Below, one piece after another: positions 26,281 to 39,091 of a stretch of DNA of 64,000 bases. The stretch comes from Camelus ferus. Taxonomy: Eukaryota. The notes beneath the pieces are model-generated. The model ran no database searches. It saw nothing but the letters and a program-made list of their open reading frames with translations, and had not been told where the DNA came from. A program made the position numbers and the translations under genes. Numbering within the stretch: position 1 is the stretch's first letter; every line of letters begins with the position of its first letter. The stretch covers positions 96,164,001 through 96,228,000 of the forward strand of contig NC_045697.1 of assembly GCF_009834535.1 (NCBI RefSeq). Reading direction: 5' to 3'.

Positions 26281-26826
26281 GTATTGGGAGAGGCAGTCTG
26301 CCATGGGCTTGAGCATCCCTGCACATCCTTTTGAGTGTGCCAGAGTATATGACTCATATGGCTCCTTATACTGAGAAGTTTCTGTAGGTACATAGGCAAC
26401 TATGTCAGTGAAGGCAACTGCAGCAGGACTTCCCTGTAGCTTCTTACTTCCTGGAGGCAGGAGTGGAGAGAAGGGACTGTGCTGGGTTGTCTGCTATTTG
26501 TAGAATGTTTGCTGCTTGCTCAAAAAGTGCTAAGCCCATGGCCTTGGGTACTAGATCAATAATGCAAACCACAGCATGTGCAGACATCTTGTTCTAAGAC
26601 GTGTCACCCTGAAGAAGTTAGGGCTTAAAAATAATAGCAAAAAAAAAAAAAATGATGATACCCCGAGTCACTGCGATTGATATGAGTATTAAATGGTCCT
26701 TTGTTTCTTACAAGGAGTCTTTTTTCAGCATCCATGACAGTGTGACAGAAAAAAAAAAATGTAACAGGCTTATTCTGTCAGATTGCAAGTAAGGTAAAAT
26801 CTAAGACCCCTTCATAGTTCTTGGCA
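26281..26826 (+). mobile_element. ERVL-class solo LTR
   Basis: LTR-like block with attaaa signal and terminal gcaagtaaggtaaaatctaagacccttcatagttcttggca. Confidence 0.55.
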
Positions 26827-26865
26827 GTCATTTTTATGCTACTGACAAGAGGTGGGATGGACTTT

Positions 26866-29347
26866 ATGTTTTTAATTTTTTATTGAAGTGTAGTTGATTT
26901 ACAAAGTTAGTTTCAGGTGTATAGCAAAATGATTCAGTTATACATATACATACATATATATTTTTTTCTTTTCAGAGTCTTTTCCATTATGTGTTATTAC
27001 AAAAAATTGAATATAGTTACCTGTGCTATACAGTAGGTCCTTGTTGTTTATCTATTTTATATATAGTAATGTATGTCTGTTAAACACCAACCCCTAATTT
27101 ATCCCTCACCACCCTTTCCCTTTGGTAGCCATAGTTTGTTTTCTATGTTCATGAGTCTGTTTTCAATTTGAAAACAGAAGTTGTATCATTTTTTTAAGAT
27201 TCCACATATAAGTGATATCATATATTTGTCTTTGTCTTACTTTAATCAATTTGATAATTTCTAGGCTCATCTATGTTGCTGCAAAGACATTATTTCATTC
27301 TTTTTATGGCTGAGTTATATTCCATTACACTACATCTTCTTTATCCAGTCATCTGCTGATGGACATATAGGTTGTTTTTATGTCTTGGCTATTGTAAATA
27401 GTGCTGCTATGAACAGTGAGGTGCATGTGTCTTTTCAAATTATAGTTTTCTCCAGATATATGTTCAGTAGTGAGATTGCTGAATCGTATGGTAAGTCTAT
27501 TTTTAGTATTTTAAGGAATCTCCATCCTCTCCTCCATAGTATTTGCCCCAATTTACATTCCCACCAACAGTGTAGGAGAGTTCCTTTTTCTCCAAACCCT
27601 CTCCAGCATTTATTATTTATAGAATTTTTAATGATGGCCATTCTGACTGGTGTGAGGTGATACCTCACTGTAGTTTTGATTTGCATTTCTCTTTTGATTT
27701 ACATTTCTCTGATAATTAGTGATATTGAGCATCTTTTCATGTGCCTGTTGGCCATCTGGATGTCTTCTCTGGAGAAGTGTCTATTTAGGACTTCTGCCCA
27801 TTTTTTGATTGGGTTGTTTGTTTTATTGATATGGAGCTGTATGAGCTGTTTGTATATTTTGGAAATTAATCCCTTGTCAATCATGTCACTTGCAATTATT
27901 TTCTCCCATTCTGTAGGTTGTCTTTTTGTTTTGTTCATGGTTTCCTTTGCTGTGAAAAAGCTTTTAGGAGTATTTGTTCTAGTTCTGTGAAAAAGGTTCT
28001 GGGTAATTTGATAGGGATTGCATTAAATCTATAGATTGTTTTGGGTAGTATGGCCATTTTAATAATATTAATTCTTCCAATCCAAGATCATGGGATATTG
28101 TTCCATCTGTTTGTGTCATCTTCAATTTCTTTCATCAGTGTCTTTTAGTGTTCAGAGTGCAGGTCCTTTGCTTTCTTAGGTTGGTTTATTCCTAGGTATT
28201 TTATTCTTTTTGATACAATGGTAAATAGGATTGTTTTCTTAATTTTTTCCTGCTATTTTATAGTTAGAGTATAGAAATGCAACTGATTTCTATATATTAA
28301 TTTTGTATCCTGCCACTGTATCAGATTCATTGATGAGCTCTAGTAGTTTTATGATAGTGTCTTTAAGATTTTCTATGTGTAGTATCATGTCATCTGCAAA
28401 GAGTGACAATTGTATTTCTTCTTTTCCAGTTTGGATTCCTTTTATTTCTTTTTCTTCTGTGATTGCTGTGGCTTGGACTTCTAAAACTATGTTGAGTAAA
28501 TGTGGCAAGAGTTGACATCCTTGTCTTGTTCCTGATCCTAGAGGAAATGCTTTAAGCATTTCATCACTGAGAATAATGTTAGCTGTGGGTTTGTCATATA
28601 TAGCCTTTATTATGTTGAAGTATGTTCCCTCTATGCCCACTTTCCAGAGAGTTTTTATCACCAATGGATGTTGAATTTTATCAAAAGATTTTTCTATGTC
28701 TATTGAGATGATCATATAGTTTTTATTCTTCAGTCTGTTAATATGGTATATCACATTGATTGATTTGCAGATATTGAAAAATTCCTGCATCTCTGGGATA
28801 AATCTCACTTGATCCTGGTGTATGATTTTTTTAATGCATCATTGGAGTCTATTTGCTAGTATTTTGTTGAGGATTTTTGCATCTATACTCTTAAGTGTAT
28901 TAGCCTATAATTTTCTTTTTTTGTGATATCTTTGTCTGGTTTTGGTATCGGGGTGATAGTGGCCTCATAGGAAAATTTGTAGTGTTCTTTCCTCTGCAAA
29001 TTTTTGGAATAGTTTCAGAAGGGTTGGTGTTAACTCTTCTCTAAATGGTAGAATTCCCCTGTGAAGCCATCTAGTCCTGGCCTTTTGTTTGTTGGGAGTT
29101 TTAAAATTACTGATTCAATTTCAGTGCTGCTAATTAGTCTGTTCATATTTTCTATTTCTTCATGATTCAGTCTTAGGAGATTGCAGCTTTCTAAGAAGTT
29201 GTCCATTTCTTCTAGGTTGTCCATTTTGTTAGCATATAGTTGCTCATAGTAGCCTCTTATAATTCTTTGTGTGGCAGTTGTAACTTCTTTTTCACTTATA
29301 ATTTTCTTAATTTGGGCCCTCTCCCTTCTTTTCTTGATGAGCCTGGC
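26866..29347 (-). mobile_element. 5'-truncated L1 with internal deletion
   Basis: Minus ORFs 29030-29224, 28290-28808 (SLFADDM), 27699-27938 and 27435-27686. TSD tgggatgga(c/t)ttt at 26853-26865 and 29348-29360. Confidence 0.93.
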
Positions 29348-29909
29348 TGGGATGGATTTTTAAAATAAACTCAGTTGTTGTTGTACCAAGGCACATTTTG
29401 ATGGAACAGTTCTTCTAGTATAGCTTTATCAATTGTGTGTCTTCCTGCACACCAACCCCACTCCTCCAATCAGGAAGTTGAGTTTTAATTTAGGTTATGT
29501 CAGTAACTTTCTTGATGGTTAGAAACAGAAATTTCATTTTAGTAACTCCAAGGAAGGCATTAAGAAGATCTGTCAGCTTTTATCATCCTTCCTGTAGGAA
29601 ACCAGTCAACAAGGTCTGAGGTACCCCAAGTGCCATAGAAAAAAAGTTACGTGGAAGAAAATTGAGGCATGCAGCCTCAACTGAGCTTCCAGACAATGTA
29701 CAGCCAGCACCAATTTCCAGCATGTAAGCAAGTCACCTGAACTGACTTCTTCAAAGTTTGACTGTTCCCTTTTACAGTGCTAAGAACAGAGAAACCACTA
29801 ATCCATCCATTCCCTAAAAGTAAATCTTATATAAAGATGTATCTATTCCTATGGCATTGTGCTTTAAATAACACAATACTACTATAATTGATCTGTTTGT
29901 ATTTAATAA

Positions 29910-30610
29910 GCTATTTTTAAAGAAGTTTTAGGATGATAGAATAAATGTGTAGAAAATACAGAGTTCCCGTATCTACCCACTTCGATTCATTGAGTTTCTC
30001 TGATTGTTAACATCTTGCATTATTGTGGCACGTTTGTAACAACTGATGAACTAGTACTGATATGTTATAGTTTACATTAGGATTCACTCTGTATGTTGTA
30101 CATTTTTGTAAATTTTGACAAATGTGTAATGTCATGTATCTACCACTACAGTATCATTTACAATAGTTTCACTGCCCTAAAAATCCTGTGCTCCACCATT
30201 GATCCTTCTCCCTTACCCCTAAGCCTTGGCAACTGCTGGTTTCCCACTATCTCTATAGTTTTCCCTTTCTAGACTGTCATATAGTTGAAATCAAGAATAT
30301 GTATCCTTTTCAGACTGGCTTGTTTTACTTTGTAATATGCATGTAAGTTTCCTTCATATCTTCTCATGGTTTGATAGTTCATTTCTATTTATCACTAGAT
30401 AATACTTCACTGTATGAACATTTATCCATTCACATATTAAAGAGTATTTTGATTGCTTCCAAATTTTGGCAGTTATGAATAAGGCTACTATAAACATTTG
30501 TGTGCAGGTGATTGCATAGACATGCTTTAACTCATCTGAATAAATACCTAGTAGTGTTAATTCTGGATTGTATGGTAAGTATACACCTAGATTTGTAAGA
30601 AATATCCAGC
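29910..30610 (-). mobile_element. Old L1M 3' end
   Basis: Minus peptide LPYNPELTLLGIY...CTQMFIVALFITAKIWKQ and 3' UTR motifs. Confidence 0.85.
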
Positions 30611-32570
30611 TTCTTACCCCAATTAAAAAGAGTGATCTTGGACAAATACAACAGAGAGGAGAAACTCTAGATCTCAACTCATGTTTGAGGGACATAGGAA
30701 GGAGGGAAAGGTAAAAAAAGAAAAAGAACAATGAACCAATGAACAAATGAATTTTTCTAGGGTTTATAATTTCAATATAAAAGAGAATATAGTAAATAGA
30801 TTTGTTTCATTTGTACTCATTAAAGCAATTTTAACAGTATATTGATGCTGTTGGATAGCAGTTTGATACTACTAATAATGAAATGCCCAAATTAAGTAGC
30901 AGGTAGAAAATTAAGGCAGAAGAATTTGAATTCACAGTTGGAAGGTAAATGAGCAAAAGTTTGCAAATCATTAAAGTTTTTAATTTCTTTTTAAATTTAT
31001 CTCAATTTTAGTCCTTTAGATTTCAGTGAGTTTCAATTTAATGTGATATCTACTGAAATAATGAGATTTATAGAGGAGATGTATTGTCACTGTTAATAGT
31101 TATACTGAAATATATTTCAGTATGAGACTGAATCCAGCTAAGCATTACAATGGTGAACCAAATGAACTATTTGGTTCTCAGAATAAATGACAGTTCATAG
31201 ATCATTTTTTACAATTTGAGAGTGGCAAATAGAAATTAAAATGATTTCAAACTAAGCAATAATTTGAAAGAGTTGGAAAAAGTTATTAGCACTATATATT
31301 GGAAGAGGAGCAGAAAAAGAAAGAATACTGAATTCAGTACAATTTTACAAGTATAATTTCCATAAGCTAGTACAGCAAAGTTTTATTAAAAAGAAGCATT
31401 TACTGATTTTCCTATTTTATTATTGAGTATAATATTTAACATTACATCATTAATTAGATGAGACCAACAGAAACATGACAAATGGTAATTTTCTCCCATT
31501 TAAAAAATGTACCTGTACTTCTTCCCTTTATTAAGAACTTGAAAACACTAAAGTAATAGCTCCCTTGTGAATCACCCAATGAGCACTCTGCAAAATTTAG
31601 AGGCTCCTTTTTACAATAATATTCCTGTGAATATATTCCTTTTTTCCTGCTCCCTACCTACATTTCATGAGTCATTCTGTCATTTATGTTCAACATTTGG
31701 AGTATAGCAATTGCTACTTTACAAATACAGTGTGGATTATATAAAAGCATACATTTATGCTGTAAGCTCTACCTATTGATAGAGAGTAATTAATTGGAAC
31801 AGAAAGTAACACTATATAATATAAATAAGTGGATTTAGAACTAAGTAAGGCTGGTGATCTCCAGATATTCCTTGCCACCCATCTCTCATTTCTCCTGAGC
31901 CATTAGGCACCTGGCATTGAGAAACAACCGCCACTAAGACCTGGACTATTCCAGGCAACTTCTCCCTGGTCTACCTACAGCATTTTCTTTCTAGAGGTGC
32001 AGAGTGCATCATCTATCTTCAAAGCCAAATATGTTGAATAATAAATATTCAGATTTTCTGATTAAAATATGCTAGTATTTTAAAATATGCATCCATTATT
32101 TCTTTTGAGTATAGATAGCTCCTTATGAATTCTCTACAATTTTAATCCTTGCAAATGCCCAATTTAATCTTGATGTAAGTGCAGAGTTCCTCCTGCTTCA
32201 TATAGAAAATACTTTCTTCTTCCATGTTTCCTTTTCCTTTAATTTTAAAAGCCTAGTTTACCAAGCCCTGTTCTTCTACTTTGGATCCAAACTGACCAAC
32301 TAAAGAAAATACCTTTTGGTACTTAGCTTCTACAGAACTCCAAAACTTTTTCCTTCACTAGCCTGTTTTACACTAATATATACATTATATACATTTGTAT
32401 TCCACTTTAAATTAATCTTTATACAAGATTCAAAAAATTTATTTCCTAAGATATAATAATTGTATAATTTTTTTCTTCATGAATTGTCGACAATTATATG
32501 AAGAGACATTATAACCTTAATTTCTTCGAAATAAGATAGTTCCCATATTTCTATTATGTATCTTGATTAC

Positions 32571-32900
32571 CTTGAGAATTTAGTATCAGTCATTCTCTTT
32601 AAATTTCTAAATCCACATAATGTAATTTTCAGTACTTATTAACATGTGAATTGATGAATCTTCTCCAAATTCCATTTGCTTGTTCCAAACTGACATCAGT
32701 TTTCAGGACCAACAAACTAGTACTTTTGTGGTATCATTAACCAATTTCCTTTACCCAAACTATTTAGTACAACGTAAGTGTAAATAATATTTCTAAAGCA
32801 TCTCTTTCTTTAAATCATTCTGTGCATTAAATAAATCCACACTGCCTACCTACCGCATACGTGCTCTATACTTGCTCACCTCTCTGTAATGCACCTCCTC
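32571..32900 (-). pseudogene. Decayed Ig-domain-sized exon (330 nt, phase 1->1)
   Basis: Acceptor attttctcag, donor AAG|gtaatc. One frame gives C...IVWVKE...SLLVLK...NGIWRR...YVDLEI in Ig strand order but with 9 stops. Confidence 0.35.
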
Positions 32901-33449
32901 CTGAGAAAATGTATCTTAAACATTAAGATTCAAATTACAACCATCTCATCTATTAATTATGCATTTTATGAGCATGATAGTCAATTATTTCTACTATAGG
33001 AAAATTGAAAGATAATTATATTTGCATATCATAATTCTAATCTCTCTTTTACTTATAGGCATTTTTGTCTTGCCTTTGTGTATTTTACTTGGTATATTAT
33101 TTGCCCACTCCTTCACAAGCCTAAATCTTGCTCATCTTTCAAGACAGATCTTATGTGTTACCTTCCATTCTGACTAGATTGGATAGCTTCTTTTTACACT
33201 TCCAAACCATTCTGTGGATATTTCCCTCTGTTTTTATAGTGTCTTATAACATTCTATTTACTGGTTTATCTTTCCTGCTAGAGTGAGTTTCCTAAACACT
33301 GAGTACATGTTATCGTTTGTTGTTGTAGTATTGAGCCTGCTAATCCATATGCAGCAAACAAATGTGTGTTAAATAAAGTAATCTCTGGAAATTTCTTAAT
33401 GCCTCCATAGTATTTTAAAATCTCAAAAGGAAAAAAATCCCTTATGTAC

Positions 33450-33680
33450 TAAGGTAATATAAAGATGCAAGCTCTGGAGTAAACAGCATGTGGTAGGAAC
33501 CTGGCTCTGTACTTCCAAAGTCTGTTACCTTTGGCAAGTTATAGCATACTTTGTTACCTTCATTATCCCCATCTTCAGAAAAACAATTATTCTATTTACC
33601 CAACTTGCTATAAACATGAGAAATAATACAAGTAAAATGTGTAATACAGTGAACAAATTTTATACTAACTATTCTTAACT
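33450..33680 (+). mobile_element. MIR
   Basis: gctctggagt...cctggctctg...ttggcaagtta core. Confidence 0.55.
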
Positions 33681-33900
33681 ATAGTAGCTATAGTAGCAAT
33701 AATTATAAATTTTTGTTTCCTATGTATTTCCTTAGAAAGTAAAAAACAGTGCAAAGATTACAAAATAACTAGAAGTTTGAAATCAGTTTGAGCTAATAAA
33801 TGAACAAATTCTATATTTTAAGATAAGTCCAGCCTTCCTCCTTTCCTTTTTTCCCCCTCCCTCCCTCTCCTCCTCTCCCTCTCTCTCTTCCCCTATTTTT

Positions 33901-35089
33901 TTGGTGTGTGTATATATGTGTGTGTGTGTGTATGTATGTATATATATATATATTTTTTTTTTAAATTGAAGTATAGTCAGTTTATATGTTGTGTCAATTT
34001 CTGGTGTACAGCATAATACTTCAGTCATACATATACATACATATATTTGTTTTCATATTCTTATTCATCACAAGTTACTATAAAATATTGAATATAGTTC
34101 CCTGTGCTATACAGTATAAACTTGTTGTTTAACTGTTTTATATATATTAATTAGTATCCGCAAACCTCGAACTCCCTGTGTATCCCCTCCCACACCCTTC
34201 CCCTCCAGTAACCGTAAGTTTGTTTTCTATGTCTGTGAGTCTGTTTCTGTTTTATAAATAAGTTTGTCTTTTTTTTTTTCTTTAGATTCCACATGTAAGT
34301 GATATCATATTATATTTCTCTTTCTTTTTCTGGCTTTATTTCACTTAGAATGACATTCTCCAGATCCATCCATGTTTCTGCAAATGGCATTATTTTATTC
34401 TTTTTTATGGCTGAGTAGTATTCCATTGTATAAATATACTACAACTTCTTTATCCAGTCATCTGTGGATGGACATTTAGGTTGTCTCCATGTCTTGGCTA
34501 TTGTAAATAGTGCTACTATGAACACTGGGGTACTTGTATGTTTTTAAATTAAGGTTCTCTCTGCATATATGCCCAGGAGTGAGATTGCTGGATTATATGA
34601 TCAGTCTATTGAGGAATTGTCTTCTGAGGAATCTACATACTGTTTTCCATAATGGCTGCACCAAACTTCATTCCCACCAGCAGTGTATGTGGGCTCCCTT
34701 TTCTCCACACCCTCTCCAGCATTTATCCTTTGTAGACTTTTGAATGATAGCCATTCTGACTGTTGTGAAGTGATAACTCATTGTAGTATTGTCTTGCATT
34801 TCTCTGATAATTAATGATATTGAGCATTTTTTCGTATGCCTATTGGCCATTTGTATGTCTTCATTGGAGAATTGCTTGTTTAGGTACTCTGCTTATTTTT
34901 AGATTGGGTTGGTTTTTTTTTGTTATTAAGTTGTATGAGCTGTTTATATTTTCTGGAAATTAAACCCTTGTCATTCTCATCTTTTGCAAATATTTTCTCC
35001 CATTCCATAGTTTGTCTTCTTGTTTGGCTTATGGTTTCCTTTGCTCTGCAAAAGCTTATAAGTTTAATTAGGTCTCATTTGTTTTCTTT
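33901..35089 (-). mobile_element. 5'-truncated L1 (ORF2 C-terminus and 3' UTR)
   Basis: Minus [16 protein letters not shown]...CWRGCGEKG...HCWWE; microsatellite-like tail; TSD ccctattttt at 33891-33900 and 35090-35099. Confidence 0.9.
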
Positions 35090-35561
35090 CCCTATTTTTT
35101 CTTCCTTCTTGTTTTCCCCTATTTGTCTTTTCATCCCTTCCTCCCTCCCTCCCTCCTCCTTTCCTTTGTATATTTCACTCCATTTTGGAATGTGTTGGGC
35201 ATGATACAATTCTTGCCCTTGAGGACCTTCAGTCCTCAGAGGAGATGGCCATATAAGCAAATTTCTATGATATCCTAAGGCAAGTTATGTCATAGAGGTT
35301 TATAAATAGTTCTGCAGATACAGATGAGTGGACAAGTAATCTTCTTGGGAAAATTAGGAGAAAATAAAGAGAGGAAGTGACACTCCACATTTCATCTGGC
35401 CTTGAATGTTGGGTAACCATTTACTTCCATTTAGAAGAGATGAACGTATCCTTTATATTTGGGACACAGTAGGGCCAGGATGGCTGGATTTCGAGGGTGG
35501 TGTGAGGGCTGAGGCAGGGAGGGTAGTCCTGGCATTCAACTTTCTCTTCAGGAAAGGCTTG

Positions 35562-35697
35562 GTGAGGAGGGTTTAGCTCAGTCATAGAGTGCATGCTTAG
35601 CATGCAGAGGTCCTGGGTTCAATCTCAAGCACCTCTGTTAAAAAAATAAATAAATAAACTTAATTGCCTCCCCCTGAAAAAGAACAACAGCAACAAA
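35562..35697 (+). mobile_element. tRNA-derived SINE (camelid Vic-1-like)
   Basis: A box tagctcagtcatagag, tRNA-Ala-like body tgcttagcatgca, B box gggttcaatc, A-rich tail. Confidence 0.8.
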
Positions 35698-36755
35698 GAT
35701 CAATCCAACATGAAATAATACAAGTAGGACAGAGACTCATATGGGAAATATGTAGAATTTTGTGACAGGGAGGTTGAAAACACTTAAGAATATTCAGTCG
35801 TGAGTATGTGTTAAATATGTACTGTGCAACAGGCTCTGAGCTATGTATGGGCTGGAGAGTGGGGTGGGGGTGGGAGTGCGGAGGACAGTTTTAACTCATA
35901 ATTACAACACACTGGAAAAGATATGCATTAAATAATTGCATAGACTGTTATTTAAAGATAATTATGCTTATCTATATGAAAGAGAAGGTAACAATTATAC
36001 TAAAGGGGAAAAGGGGAGATTGATTCTTGTCAGCAGAGTCAGGGAAATCTTTTCTTGTGGAACATAAGCTGAAACTTGAGGTATAATGGAGTTGGCTACG
36101 TTACTGGAGAATAGTCTCCATGCAGTAGAAATGGCATGTAGAGGCAATCTCACCTTTAGAAAAGCAGCTAGCCAAGATTTAGTGTGCCTTCCTAAAAATA
36201 GTCTAAGTTCTTGGGACCTCTGGGGGCCTGTAGGGTTTCCTGGATAAGTACTGACATGAGCTCTGGGTGTCTCTTCCCTGGGGCACTCTCTGATCTTGGT
36301 CCTGGGTCACCCATATGTCCTAAGGAATTCTAGATCTCCTGCTTATGGGGTTAGTTCAGTGTCCAGTGGCAGGTCCAGGTTCTCAGAGGTCAGCCTGGTG
36401 AGCAGATTTCTTTGTTCATCTGTACAGAATTTTTTTACTGGATGGTGTGATAATGAGACCCAGAATACACTGCAGTGGATTTGGTCTGCTGAAATTGTTT
36501 ATATAGGAAAGGGTTCCATAAAAAGTATTTTATTAAGCCAGGCATATTCTAGGGACAGGCTGTAGAGGTTCAGACTCAGGAGATAATTTAATGCATTGGA
36601 GGAGCTAAAGAAACTGCAGCTAGGATGTGGCATTAGAAAAATCAACAATGCATAAGTGAATTAGGGGTTAAAAAATATATAAACTGATTTTTCAAAATTA
36701 TTTTTTTATGGTTGAATATTAAGTTAGACTAAGTGCCCTTTGATTCAGGGCTTAC

Positions 36756-36842
36756 GTGAGTCTCACAAAATATCTAAACGTGAAAGTTTACATCTATAGT
36801 TTCTAAAAAGGATGCTGAAATGCCCACATATATTCTTTGACA
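36756..36842 (-). pseudogene. Exon, 87 nt symmetric (phase 1: SKNICGHFSILFRNYRCKLSRLDIL*DS)
   Basis: Very strong acceptor (long T run + gcag), donor CAC|gtaagc; at least one stop in every frame. Confidence 0.55.
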
Positions 36843-36954
36843 CTGCAAAAAAAAAAAAATCTTGTTAACAGCTAAATCTTTGTGAAAGATATACTGAGAT
36901 AATTTTAATTAAATGAAGAAATATTTGTTGAAAAAAATGTTAAAAACGGTTTGA

Positions 36955-37557
36955 AATGACTAAAAAGGCCTTGATGGTGCCCTCTCAGCTTGACTATACT
37001 TTAAGCAAGTTTCTTTCTTACTCTAGGTCTCTGACCTCCTTTTTCTTAGAGAATTTACAGAAATTGTCATTTCTTTCTCTGCTCTTTAGATATGTAAATC
37101 TTCTCCCAGACTCTTGCCAGCTTTACAACCCAGGAATATCTTTCTCAAGAACCTGGGAGCCATCCCTTTAAATTGTAATCTTTACGGAAAATGATGCCCC
37201 GAACTTCTATTTTCTGTGGAAGGGTAGAGACCTAACATCAACAGGCACCTTACTCCCGAGTTATAAAAATACCTCCTATTATGAAGTTATGACAAAGTTT
37301 AGTTTTTTTTGGGTGAAGCCAATCCGCAAGCACAGATAGCCTATGATTTCCCTCTCACTTCAGCCTCACTATGGAAAAAAATATGGAGGTTCCTCAAAAT
37401 AATAAAATTAGAAATACCATGTGATCCCAGCAATTCTTAACACCTTTCATTTCAGCAGAATTGAGCCTGAGTCACAGCCTTCTTCCCTTTATGCAAGAGC
37501 CTTAAATAAAATCTTCCTTCCTGTTTAATATTGTCTGGTGCAACTTTTGTGTTGACA
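36955..37557 (+). mobile_element. ERV1-class solo LTR (MER34/MER39-like)
   Basis: TG...CA ends, AATAAA near 37506, ccaggaatatctttctcaagaacctgggagccatccc motif. Confidence 0.65.
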
Positions 37558-38451
37558 GGAAGAATGGCATTTTTTGAAGTTTTTTTCAAGAGTGTTCTAT
37601 TATTGAAAGACCAAATTGAGTAATTTAAATCTTCAGTTAATATGTAATAATACTTAATTCAGTTTAGTTGAAACTTGCCTAAGAGACTTTTTATCTATTT
37701 TTGAAAAATAGTTCACTTAAACAAAAGATTTATGTATTTTAATACCTAATTTTATATTCTGTTTATCTTGTATAATTTCAAAGAAGAGATAGAGATGAAA
37801 GGAGAAGTAGAGAAATAGAGAGATAGAGATAGAAATAGAAAGAGAGGGAGTTAAGGAGGGTGGAAGAGGAGGAGAAAGAGACACAATCAATGCACTATGT
37901 CATTTCTATAAATGTACAGTATCGAAGTGTACTTGACATTGAGTCTTAACAGTATTAACTTAAAAATGACATTTTCCCCAATTAAAAAATGTGAGTGTGC
38001 TTGCAGTAAATATAAGGACTTTGCTATTAATTTTTTGGTAATAATTTAGTGTTCCAACAGTGCTACCCTTTTACAAATTTATGATGTGTTATTTACTGCT
38101 TCTAATTTTAAATTTTGACAGAAATTGTTGTGAGTTGAGCATGCATATATTTGAAATTAGGGTGTGAACAGTCAGTTGCCAGTTATAAATTGACCTCAAT
38201 TTAGGAGGCACATTATTTTTAACTTTAAATTTTCCATGGTGTATGATAGATCATTTACATATATAATTTTATCTGTAAGGCTTGGACACCAATTATAATA
38301 AGGTTTGAACATCAATCATATTTTTGTTTTGTGATAACTTGTGGTGTAAGATATGAAGAGTTTTGAGTTTTTTCCCTGTATTTTTATTTTTTAATTGTGT
38401 ATTTATCCCAAACTTTTCAAGAAATCAAGACTAAAAATAACCCATTCTTAC

Positions 38452-38507
38452 CACTTCTTTCTTCTTCTGTAACTTCAATTGCCTTTCTATTATTCCCGTC
38501 AACTTTC
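38452..38507 (-). pseudogene. Exon, phase 2->1, open (KVDGNNRKAIEVTEEERS)
   Basis: Acceptor ttcttgctaaacag, donor GTG|gtaaga, purine-rich body; 56 nt. Confidence 0.55.
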
Positions 38508-39004
38508 CTGTTTAGCAAGAATTCCAAGAAAAAGGGAATAAATTTGGGGGGATCTTCATGTGCATAAATTTTAAAGTGAGTTTCCTAATATATATAAAAT
38601 CTTATTTTCACATTAGGTAGAATATAACAAATAATGTTATGTGAGTAGACATGTTCTTACTACTCAAGGCATTGGTTTGCTTTTTTAAATACAGAATCCA
38701 ATGTCTGAGAGGATAATTAACTTGGTTCTTTAATCTTTTTATATATTTTAATGTTAATTTCTCAAATAGTGATTATTTTATTACAAAATGTGTAGTTTGG
38801 TGAGTATTAATTATTTTGATAATAATTTTTGACAAATCTCTAAACTTTGAAGTGTACACAGTTATTATTATCTTTTAACAATATTTAAAAGGTATGATAC
38901 CTGTTTGAGTTTAGTTGGGCATATTATTTTTTGAATATTAAAGATTTGCCTACTCTCAGGTTTATTGTTATACTAAATTACATTTGGATACAATGACCAC
39001 TTAC

Positions 39005-39091
39005 AGCCATTCATATATTCCTGGGTAAATGTGGCCAGGGATCATAATGCTCTCGTCATAATTGCACTGCTGGGTCCAGCTGTTCTCAAGA
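39005..39091 (-). pseudogene. Exon, phase 2->2, open (LENSWTQQCNYDESIMIPGHIYPGIYEW)
   Basis: Polypyrimidine tract plus aag acceptor, donor GCT|gtaagt; 87 nt. The phase-2 frame is the only stop-free frame and is the one delivered by the upstream chain. Confidence 0.6.

Noticed and set aside
35565..35636. tRNA gene
   Set aside because: Degenerate stems and an A-rich tail indicate a SINE.
36756..36842. Phase-2 reading VKEYMWAFQHP...FTFRY recalls the post-Ig segment of ZPBP-family proteins (from memory)
   Set aside because: Three stops, imperfect spacing and a phase mismatch with the preceding exon; not enough to name the gene.
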